A DNA stretch of 64,000 nt, taken from the NCBI RefSeq assembly GCF_963921235.1, contig NC_086120.1, positions 28,830,001 through 28,894,000 on the forward strand. The letters are read 5' to 3'. This document shows, piece by piece, positions 28,501 through 40,500 of the stretch (its first letter is position 1; every line of letters begins with the position of its first letter). The stretch is from Mobula hypostoma. Its lineage: Eukaryota. Below the pieces are notes generated by a model that saw only the letters and a program-made list of their open reading frames with translations, searched no databases and was not told the DNA's origin. The position numbers were made by a program, and so were the translations under genes.

Positions 28501-31500
28501 CTATATTATTCCAAAAATCTACCCATAAATCACAAAATTCCAGGGATGTTCCATCAGGTATGTGATCTAGAAAAAGGTGAAATGTGCCATTACTGCAACA
28601 CCCTACAATTTGAGTTAAATTGCCTCATATTATCTTTTCTTGCTATTATATTGCTCAGTTGACATCAATGTCATGTTTGGTAGTACACAGGCTGGAGTAA
28701 ATGGTGTTGGGAGAGAAAACTGTATTCACTGGACTTTAGAAGGACAAAAGGAGATCTCATTGCACCCTGTCCGAATCTACATGTTTCAACAGACTAGATG
28801 TAGGAAGTAAGCTTTCTCTGGCTGGGTGAAGTGGGGTGAGGTGGCATCTAGAAGTAAGAGTAACAGTTTCAGCACACTGGATAGTTTCTTTAAGATTGAT
28901 GGGGCATATCTTCATTCAGGATGGTGAATCTGTAGAATTCTCTCTGCCACAAAAAGATCTGCAACCAAGTTGATGAATAGATTTGAGGAGATAGACATCT
29001 AAACACCAAAAGCATCAAAGAGGGAGACTACAATAACACAGAGTCAGTCATACAGCATGGACACAGACCCATCAGTCCAATTCACTTATGCCAACTGTGT
29101 TGCCCAGTGAGCTAGTTCCATCTGCTCACACTTGACCTAAAGCCCTTTAAAGCTCTCTTATCCAAGTATTAACCTTAGACAACACACAAGATGCTGCAGG
29201 AACTCAGATCATGCAGCATCTAAGGAGGGGAATAAACATTCAGTGTTTCAGGATGATGAAGGGAAGGTGGTGAATGAAGTGAGAAGTTGGGAGTTGATAG
29301 GTGGAAAGATAAAGGGGTGAAGAAGAATCTGATAGGAGGGAAGAGTGGAAAGGAAGGGTACACCAGGGGGAAGTCGCCTTAAACAGCTATCAGGTACAAA
29401 AGCCATCTTAGACAGCTGTTAAATGTTGCATATATACCAATTTCAACCATTACTTCCGATAGCTAATTACAAATACACACCACCCTGTGCGTGAAGCAGC
29501 TACCTGTTACCCTTTTTACAATTTGCACTTCATCTTAACTCTATGCCCTCATGTTCTTAGCACCCCTTCCCTGGGAAAGAGATTGTTCCATAGACGCTAC
29601 CTGACCTGCTCACCTTCCTCCAGCATTTTGTGTGTGTTGCTCAGATTTCCAGCATCTGCTCATTTTCTCTTGTTACAGGTTACATCAATTCTCTTTTTAC
29701 CCTTGTTTCTTTACAAATTAGTCTTGGCACATTCCAATTCTATCAGTTCTCTTGTGAATTTTACATAAATAATTTAGTGCCCTCAGCCAGTGGCTTTGTT
29801 GCTTTGTTCAAGGTAAATTTATTATGCTTCCTGATGGCAGCAGTGCGAAGAGAGCACGACGTGGTTGATGGGAGTCTTTGATGATGGATGCTGCTTTCCT
29901 TCGACAGTGCTCCACGCAGATGTGCTCAATGGTGAGGAGGGCTTCACCTTTGATGAACTGGACTGTATCCACTACTTTTTGTAGGCTTTTCCATTCAAGA
30001 GCATTGGTATTTCCATACCAGGCTGTGATGTAGCCAGTCAATATACTCTTCACAGCTCATCTACAGAAGTTTGTCAAAGTTTTAGATGATACGCCAAATC
30101 TTTGCAAATTTCTAAGAAATTTGAGGTCGTGCCATGCTTTCTTTGTAATGACACTTATGTGCTAGATTCAGGACAGATTCTCTGAAGTGCTAACACTGGG
30201 GAATTTAAAGTTGCTGACTCTCTCCACCTCTGATCACCTGATGAGAACTGGCTCATGGACCTCTGGTTTCCTCCTCCTGAAGCCAATAAACCTCTTCTTG
30301 GTCTTGCTGACATTCAGTGAGGGGTTGCTGCTGTGGCACCACTCAGCCAGATTTTCATTCTCCTTCCTTTATGCTGATTCGTCACCACCCTTGATTTGGA
30401 CAACAACAGTGATGTCGTCAGAAACTTCAATACGGCACCGGAGCTGTGCTTCTCTTCAGTCAAGAGTGTAAAGCAAGTAGAGCCGGGGACTAACCACACA
30501 GCCTTGTCATGCACCTGTCCTGGGGAAGATTGTGAATATGTTGTTGCCAATCCAAACTGACTAGGGTCTGCAAGTCAGGAAATCAAGGATCCAGTTACAC
30601 AAGGAGGTATTGAGGCTTAGAACTTGAAGGTTCGGGGCCAGTTGGTGGCTCAACGACATCGGCGCCAGACCTGGGAGCGGAGGTTCCCGGGTTCAAAACT
30701 AGTCGGGTCCGCCCCCGAGCATGCTTTCCATCTGTGCCGGGTTGAGTGTCGAGATCACAACTCGACCTCGTAAAATAAGAGGAAAATACTGTGAAAATGT
30801 CTGTGTGAGGAGTGGCGTATCACAGTCTCTCTCTCGCTCCACACCTTGTAAAAAAAAAAGCCATGAAAAAGACATCTTCAGGGATGTACACACGGACACG
30901 CACACACAGATGCGCACGCACGCAGGCACACACCAAAAAAAACTTGAAGGTTCTTGATTAGTTTTGAAGGGATAATAGTATTGAATGCCGAGCTGTAGTC
31001 AATGAATGTATGCATCGTCACAAAATTTGATTCCCCAATAGGTAATAACCTCACATTTATTTGGACAAAACCAATCCTCAGCCCACAAACCTAACTGATC
31101 AAGATCCCTGTAACTACAACACCACCTATTTTAGCATAATCTGCAAATCCTAACACTTATTCATTTAAATCCAAAGCACTTATCTAAATCATGAACAAAG
31201 GTCCCAATACTGACCCCTGTGGCACTGCACCACTATTAAATCTCCATGGTATTGAGATTTCAGATCAGTCACCGAGTAGTGAAGCAGGCTGTAAGGGCTC
31301 AATAGCCTGCTCTTGCACCCATTTCTCTGTGCTTCAATGTTCCTAGAGGATGGACTCATGATCTTAATAGACACCACAGTGCTTCTCTGTCAGAAGATGG
31401 TTCTTGACAGGAAATGCAGAACAAAGTTAATCTGTATTTTTGACTGTTGATGTAAACCTTATAATATCCCATTTAAAGATGAGCATAGTACTCTTCTAGT

Positions 31501-34500
31501 TTATTAATCAACACTCTCCTTTAAACTAATACATTAAACTCACTGCATTTTGGAGAAAAGTCTGCTTACAGAAGTGTGAGTCACTTCACTGTTAACAAAA
31601 TCCAGAAACACAAAGCACATGTGGCTAGCAGGATCTGTACATTTCTACTCACCATTCCAGACTTTCTCCTTGGTGCAACGCACGCAGGGCTGCATCTGTA
31701 TTTTGTTCATATAAGTAGATTGAGGCCGCCATCAACAAGAACGTTGTATTGCTAACATCAACATTCTTTGCCATCTTCTTGTCCAACTCTGAAACGGTGG
31801 CATCTCTGCATGAGAGATGACATCAAGAATAATTCTTACAAAATTACTTTAACAAAAACCAACTCTGGTTGCTTTTTAAGTGACCAATGTATTCATTTAT
31901 GCTCCAAGCCAAATTGTGTGGGCACGTGGCCAAGTGGTTAAGGCGTTGGACTAGCTACCTGAAGGTCGTGAGTTCGAGCCCCAGCCGAGGGAACGTGTTG
32001 TGTCCTTGAGCAAGGCACTTAATCACACATTGCTCTGTGACAACACTGGGGCCAAGCTGTATGGGTCCTAATGCCCTTCCCTTGGACAACATTGGTGTCG
32101 TGGAGAGGGGAGACTTGCAGCATGGGCAACTGCTGGTCTTCCATACAACCTTGCCCAGGCCCGCGCCCTGGAGAGTGAAGACTTTCCAGGCGCAGATCCA
32201 AGACTAACGGATGCCTTTGAGCCAAATTAAATCACAACACCTAGGATCTGTCACTACTCTCATTATCATCACCTACAGCAGGGGGTCCCAACCTAGGGTC
32301 CATAGGAACCCCTGATCTAGAGGATAGAATTACAGAATCCAGTGATACCTTCTTAAAAATGGACTTCACAAATGATGATGTAATTGTGCTTTGATGCAAT
32401 ACCCACAGACATGCAGCAAACTGCCAAATAGCATTTACCATATTGCATATTGGGTATGTTACTAGATTCATAACACAACAGCCCAAGAACAATGAGCTGG
32501 AGATACGATACAAAACACAACTGTAGTACCTAAGGATTTAAAGTTTATTCATTGAATATCTATTAAAAAACCAGTAAGTGGTTGTGAAACTACTGGATTC
32601 TTGTAAAAATACAACTGGTGTACTTTTGTAAAGAAATATTATGTACTTACTGACCTGGCTTTTAGTGAGTCCAGACCCTCAACAATGCAGTCAATTTTTA
32701 AATGAACTCTGAAATGGTAACTTGCGTGAAAATAGAGACTGGCAATATTGACCTTGTTTGAAACACAACCACTTACAGAAACTAAGAAGTTCCAAAGGAA
32801 CTGTAGCCTTTCAATGGGTACTGAGACCTCAACCAAACCTGATCACATCTGAAGCAGCATTCACACATCATAGTTTACATTAGGCACGGAATGCAAGGAT
32901 GCTTCAAGGTCAACTCTAGCACTGAGAAAGACAGGGTTATTCAGCATCAACCAGGAAGAGATATCCAGCCCATCATCAAAAAAAGAACATCCACTCAAGT
33001 ATGACCCCTTACCTTTGATCCTCATTGGACAAATATTCAGCAAACATTTTTACAGCCTGTAATTCAGGGGGAGCTCCTGGTTTGATATCATCCAATATAA
33101 CACCATATTTTCGCTAAAGAGGAAGATAAAATAATTAGAAGTCTGTTTCTAATCAGTTAGGTTTTAAATTCAGTGGTGTTGGTTGATATGTTCCCACTGA
33201 AAAGCAAGTTTAATCATTCCCTGTTATATCTAGCCCAATATTTCTCCTTCAACAATATGGTTACTCCTTCACATCTTAAAAAAATTGAGCAACTATGTAC
33301 ATTTTCCAAAGTAAAACAGCAGAATTACTGATAATAATACAAGGAATCGGAAGACAAATGTCCAGTCACCACTTTTATCAAGTTTTCTCATTTACAGACT
33401 GTCACAGGGTAATGAATGGGTTCCATCTTTACAGACACCCATAAGCACTTACTGAATGTTTGTCCACCAGTTAGAAATCAGAAAAATCATTCAATATGGC
33501 AACCACAGGGTATTGTAATGAACTGTATCAAAAATACACAGGACTGATAATAATAATTATTGAAAGTGGAGAGAGAGAGACAGAGAGAGAGAGAGAAAAA
33601 AAACTATTTCTGCTATTCATAGTGCTGAACATCTGTAGGTATGCTGGGCTTTTGAATTTAATATTATGGAAGCTCAATCTTGTGTAGGAATGTTCATAAA
33701 TTGGGAGTGCTTAACTCGAGAATAACCTATAATCAGCTGAAGACACACTCATTGCATTAGTCAGGACTAACTGAATTAACCTGCAGGAAAGCTGATGCAT
33801 CATACTGGAGATTAATAGTACCCAAGCTGTGCAAGATCTAGTAGTACCAACTGAGAAATCAAGACACAAAAGCAACTGAATACCTTAGTTCCTAAAAGCA
33901 ATACAGAAAGTCAACAAATCTGTGCAAAGTTATTTTTTTTAAATCTATTAATTACACAATATAACTATCCAACAGCGAATGCCAAGCACATTAAATTTAT
34001 TTTGCATCCAACCAAATCTAAGCAAACATAGGGATTGCAGATTGCAACTGATCACACGTAATCAATGGAATAAACTGATTATAAAATAATATCCCTGAGC
34101 AGTAAAGAGATTTAAAAGTTGAAGTACCAGTGACCAATGATACAGTGAAAGTTTGGTGATACAACACACACTTGAACTTGACAGGTGTAGGTTAACCCTA
34201 TGGGGCTCCCTTGATACTGTAGTTAGACAGTATTGTCACTACATTGCATTACAATCATTCACAAGTAAATTGAGCCAATTAAACATTTTTATTACAGAAA
34301 TTATTACCAAGCTCTTGAGTCAACACCACTATACTGAACTAAGTTGCACATCTCAGGAAGCTCCGCTGTGAAGCTAGCACTTGAAGATTCAGAAGAAACC
34401 ATAATAACATTTTCTACAAACTATACTACCACTTCATTTAACATATACAATTGTGATGTACTAGAGGTCTTTAAAATGAGCAGAGGACTTGCTAGTGTAG

Positions 34501-37500
34501 ATAAAACTGTTTTCCCTATTGAAAAAGTGAGTAAGCCCTTCATCCAAGTGGTGCTGGCAAAAAAAAAGAAAGCGGGGTCAAGTTCACATTTCAAAACAGA
34601 CAGTAGGAAAAAGTAGCTAGGTGCGTAACATGTAAAATATAAAAAAAACACCAGCTGCTTCACTGTGGGAAGTGGAAATCTGAGGAAACATCTGCCTTGA
34701 CCTACTTGTATGCTTTTCAACTGGGAGCCTCAATGAGTGACTTATAGTCTCTCTCTCTTGAAAATGAGGGGGTAAGGCTGCACATGAAAACACATAAATA
34801 AAAATTTTATTCAATTACAAGAATTGATATAATTATAGTGAACATTGTTCATACCTGTGCAATATAAGCTCTATAAAGGAAAACATCACGCTCAATTTCT
34901 TTCTCAGGATTAGAGACCTGAAAAACACATCAGTTTGTTACGACCATGAAAACAAATATTTTTGCTTGTCAGCACTTAATTCCATCGCTGTGCTTGATCT
35001 TCAGAAAAAAAGTCTTTCAAGGCAATTTAAAAAAAAATCAGATAATGAGTAAGAGATAAAGAGGAAGGTGACCATTACCACATATAGGAAGAGCGCTCAA
35101 AAGCAGAAAGGCTGTAACAAGGTACAGTGTTGCTGACAGGTAGTCTGAGGTACACAGGTGAAAAATGCTGGTGTACCAGACTGTAAGGAGAGACAGTAAA
35201 GTTTGCAGATGACTGAAATACAGCCAATTGAACTAAAGCATGTTGCAAATGACAACATTTTGATGTCAGTATGCTAGCACACAGTGTGTCAAAGAACATC
35301 AATCCACACTTCTATGAAATAAAATGCAGCCAGACGTGTTTAAAATTTGAAGTAAAGGGAAAATGAACTTTACAAATAGGTGAAGAGAAAATGAATTAGG
35401 CTTTAGAGTTACAACTAAAGTACAGAAAAGGATACTTTGGAAAATTGAGTTCGGGCTGATGGAGAAGTTCATCAAAATGTAATGCCAGTTTACGTTCATA
35501 CCAAGCAGTTTACAACGTTAACCCTATGTACAGATTACATTTAGGATTATTCACCCTTTCCAATAAATGGCCAATGAATTCCCGGGCCTGATGACCAGAA
35601 TCTTAGGTGGCTGCTATGGAGAAAGTAGATGCACTGGTTATGTTCATCGAAAATTACATAAATTCCAGCAAAGATAAAGAAGAAACCAGGGAGCTGGAGG
35701 CAGGTTAGCAGCTGTGGGAAACAACATTCCCTCTAAGCTGCACGGTGCACAGCCACACAGTAACTGAAATGCTTCCATGCACACAGCAGCTGGAATTGGG
35801 CGCAGTTAAAAAGTTTACGAAATGTGAAAGATTTTCTTTGTTGTACTGCATTTCATTATACCCTTTAATAAAGAAAATCAAAGTGTGGGATTTTTCAATT
35901 TTCATTTTAAATATTCATAGTATACATATTACAAAAAAAAAGTAACATGCCATGCAGTTTTCAGACCATGTAAAAATCTCCTGCTTAGAGCAATGATTGA
36001 TCCATGCAGCTGTGTAAAAAAAACTGACGGAATGTTGGTGGAAAATAATTCTATGTTTTATTAAGGAAGTTATCACAGGGCACTCAGGAAATAAGACTGG
36101 GTAGAATGAACATAGATTTATAAAATGGAAATCATAATTGGCAGATCTGTTGCTGCAATAATTCACAGAATAGAAAAGGGCATTGCGCATTGGAAAGAGG
36201 GTTTAGAGCTATGTAGACTGGCTAAATGAATGGTCTCCACATAGTTACACATGATGAAACATGTATAAGGACTGTTGTTCAAGTGGACGCCACAGTTGCA
36301 TTGGAGTTAGTGAGACACTGTTTCAGCTCGAGGCATCAGAGTTCAGAGATCAATCCTGGCATCCTTTGTAAGGAGTCCCTGTATGCCTTTCCTGTGGAAT
36401 GCCTTCTCCCACAGTCGAAAGACATACCAGGTTGGCTAACTGATCATTATGAATTGTCCTATGATTGAGCTAGGGTTTAATTGGGGTTGTTGGGTGGTGC
36501 GGCTTGAAGGACTGGAAGGGCCTATTCCATGCTGTATCTCTAAATAAAAAAAATAAAGTTCAAGTTTATTGTTACTGAAACATACACATGCATACTGCTA
36601 AATGAGACAATGTTCCTCTGAACCAAGGTGCACAACACAGTATATGTAACTCACACACAACACAAAGTAAATAGTGTAACACTCCTGGCACTTCTTGCGT
36701 GATAAGACCTGGGTGGCAGCTGGGAGTTCAGTAGTCGTTGTGGCCTGGGGGAGAAGCTGTGTCCCACCCTTACAGTTCTCATCCTAATGCTATGGTACTT
36801 TCTGTCTGATGGTGGTGAGAAAGTTGGGGGGACACTCAAAGAGATTGTTGGACGGATAGGAGGGATCACTGAAAATGCTAATAGCCTTGCATACACAACG
36901 CTCCTGATAAATGGGGCTCCTCTCTGCAGTACTTGCAATCCTTTTGTAGGAACCACGTATCTATTTTCTGAACGCAACCAACAGGAATTCTGCAGATGCT
37001 GGAAATTCAAGCAACACACTTCAAAGTTGCTGGTGAACGCAGCAGGCCAGGCAGCATCTCTAGGAAGAGGTACAGCCGATGTTTCAGGCCGAGACCCTTC
37101 GTCAGGACTAACTGAAGGAAGAGTTAAGTAAGAGATTTGGCAAATCTTACTAACTCTTCCTTCAGTTAGTCCTGACGAAGGATCTCGGCCTGAAACGTCG
37201 ACTGTACCTCTTCCTAGAGATGCTGCCTGGCCTGCTGTGTTCACCAGCAACTTTGATGTGTGTTCCTATCTATTTTCTGTCTGTTTTATATCATGTGTTG
37301 CACATTTTATAGGTTATTGCAATTTGTCACGTGGGTTAGAGCGTGATAGAAGCAAATGAGTATACTTATGCATTCACACTTTGTCTTAGTTTTAGTTTAG
37401 TTAGAGGCAGCCAGGTACAGGGATTTTTTTTGTTGTTCACTAATTATGCTGATTTGAAGACTAGTTGCTCTTATTTCGCCATATCACTAATTTAGTTTCA

Positions 37501-40500
37501 TTAGTTTTTTTATTGCTATAAGATCATTCATCTTTGCTGTTTTCATAATAAAGGAGCAATCCGAATGTACTTTTCTTCGACTTGGAACTCAGCTATTTGG
37601 AAGCACGCCAAACAATGTCAGTTCTTGTACTCAGTCTCTCAGTAGTTTTGGTTTGTTTTCAAGTAACCACTACACCTTTGTAAGGACTTGTGGTCAGACG
37701 CCTTACAGCTCCTGTACAGATGGTGGAACAGTTGGTCAAGACACTCTAGATGGTGCTCCTTGGTTAAAAAGGCGGGGGGAGGGGGTGTTAGAGAGAGAGA
37801 GAAAGGAAGCCTTACTTGCTTCAATCTCCTCAGAAAGTAGAGACCCTGCCATGCTTTTTTTTGACCAAACAGGTGGTGTTGAGGGATCAGGTGAGATCAT
37901 CCATTATCATCCACTGCCAGAAACTTGGTGCTCTTAACTCTCCTCACGGAGCAGCTGTGTATGTGTAGTGAGGAGTGGTTAGCCTGCACCTTCCAAAAGT
38001 CCACAATCTCCTCTTTGGTCTTGTCCACGTTGAGACTCAAGTTGTTGTATTCACAGCATTCTATCAGCCGCTCCACCTCCTCTCTGTATGCCGTCTCTTT
38101 CTCATTGATCAATTATTCAGAGGCTGACCACTTGTATCATGAGCCAACCTGACGATTTGCTTTGAACTGGATCTAGCAATGCAGTCACCCATCAGCAGTG
38201 GGCAGAACACGTAGCCCTGGTGAATACCAGCGTTCAGCATGATGGAGCTAGAAATGTTTCTGCCAACACAGACTGGCTGTGGCCTTTCTGTCAAGAAGTC
38301 CAGGATCCAATTACAGAGAGAGGTATTGAGACCCAATGAGGGCAGTTTACTCACCTGCCTCTGAGGGATAATCATACTGAATGCCAAGCAGGAGTTAATA
38401 AGCAGCATCCTTATGGGGGGGGGGGGAGACGAGGTGGAGTGGAGTACAGAGACTGTGCCATCATCAGTGAACCGACTTCAGTGATAAGCAAAATGGAACA
38501 GGTCAGTGTAGGAGGAAGGTGGTATTTAATGTGATCCATAAACAGCCACTCTTTATTGTTGAGATCAGTGTTACTGGAAAGTAATTGTTGAGGCAGGTTA
38601 CTGGTGACCTCTTGGGCACCGGGATGATGGTGGCTGCCTTGATGCCTGACAGGACAGTGTAGTATTCCAAAGAGATGTTAAAGATATCTGTTAGAAACTC
38701 AGTTAACTGGGCTGCATAGTCCCTCAGCATCCGATCAGGTATGTTAAATGGGAAGCCATCAAAAGTGAAATTTTGAAGTACAGTGTTTGTATGTTCCTGT
38801 TAGAATAAAAAACAAGGCTAACAGGTTTAGGGAATCCTGATTTTTGAAGGATATTAAGGCTCTGGTTAAGAAGAAGCTGCATAGCAGGTATAGGCAGCAA
38901 AGAACAAATGAGGTGCTTGAGAGAAAACAAAATGCAAGAGAACACTTAAAAGAGATATCAGGAGGCATGACTTCGGGCTGGTAGATAAGGCAAATAAATA
39001 GATTTCTTGCATCTATGTTTACTTGAATGACACTGAGGCAAAGCAGCAGTGAGGTAATGGATCGTGTATGGATTAGAGATGAGGAGGTACTGGCTGTCTT
39101 GAGGCAAATTAGGGTGGATAAATCCCCAGGGCCTGACAGAGATTTTTAATATGTCTTTAGCCAAGCATGAGATGTCAAAGGACTGGAGGACAGCTGATGT
39201 TGTTAAAGGAAGGCTCTAAGAATGTCAGGAAATTATAGACAGGTGAGCCAGACATCAGTAGTGGGTATTGGAAGGTATTCTAAAGGACTGGATACATAAG
39301 TATTTGAAGAGACAGGGACTGATTAGGGATAGTCAACATGGCTTTGTGTGGCAGATCCTGTCTAACCAACTTTATATAGTTTTTCAAGGAATTATCAGGA
39401 AAGTTGATGAAGGAAAGGTAGTTGAGGTTGTCTACATGGACTTTGGCGAGATTTTTGACAAAGTTCTGCAAAAGAGGTTAGTCAAGAAGTTTAAATTGCT
39501 TGGTATTCAGGATGAGGTAGTAAACTGGATTCCACCTCGGCTTCACAGGAGAAGCCACAGAGTGGTAGTAGATGGTTGCCAATCTGACTGGAGGCCTGTG
39601 ACGAGTGGAGTGCTGCAAGGATTGGTGTTGGGTCCATTGTTGTTTGTCATTTATATCAATGATCTGGATGAATGTGGTAAACTGGATTAGCAAATTTGCA
39701 GATGACACCAATACTGTAGGCAAAGTGGACATTGAGGAAGGCTATCAAAGCTTGCAATGGAACCTGGACCAGCTGAAAATGGTGGATGTAATTTAAAGCA
39801 GACAAGTGTGAAGTGTTGCACTATGGGAGAACAAACCAGGGTAGGACGAAAGCCTGATTTATACTTTTGTATAGGCTCCACGCCGTTGTGAGCATTTATA
39901 CTTGTGCGTTGGTGTGTCTGCGTCGCTCTGCAATTCACCGCCAAAACAGTTTCTTTGTGTACTTCAAACAACAACGACTGAAACTGAGTGCATCATGTTG
40001 GAGTTGGAACTAATAAATGTTAAACAAGAGTTACTTTTATTGAAATTACTGCAATGCAGAAAAGAGAGAAGGCATCGGAGGAGATGGTGTGTACGACCAT
40101 TGAACGGATTGAGGCAGAAGGAGGGTGAATTTTCTGTGCTTGTCCGGCCACTGAGAGGCATGGACGAGGAAATGCATTTCAAATATTTTCGGATGTAGGC
40201 AGGTAGATTTGACAATTTGGTTCATCGTCTCCAAGCGATGCTACCAAGCGGACCAATCACAGATGTGGCGGTCTGCGTCGCCGCGATGCGTAGGTACATT
40301 TTTTGGGGAGGTGTGCATCAGGCTACGGCGTAGGGTAGGTGGCTACGCTGTACCTGTGGTGTAGATTCAACGCAGAAGTATAAACTGGCCTTTACAGTGA
40401 ATGGTAGGACACTGAGGAGTGTGGTAGAACATAGGAATACCCAATCCCTTAAAAGTAGCATTTCAGGTAGATAGGGTTGTAAAGAGAGTTTTTGGCACAT

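Noticed and set aside
31920-31990. tRNA-like sequence with A and B boxes
   Set aside because: It continues into a CORE-like body and tail and is flanked by a TSD, so it is a SINE head, not a tRNA gene.
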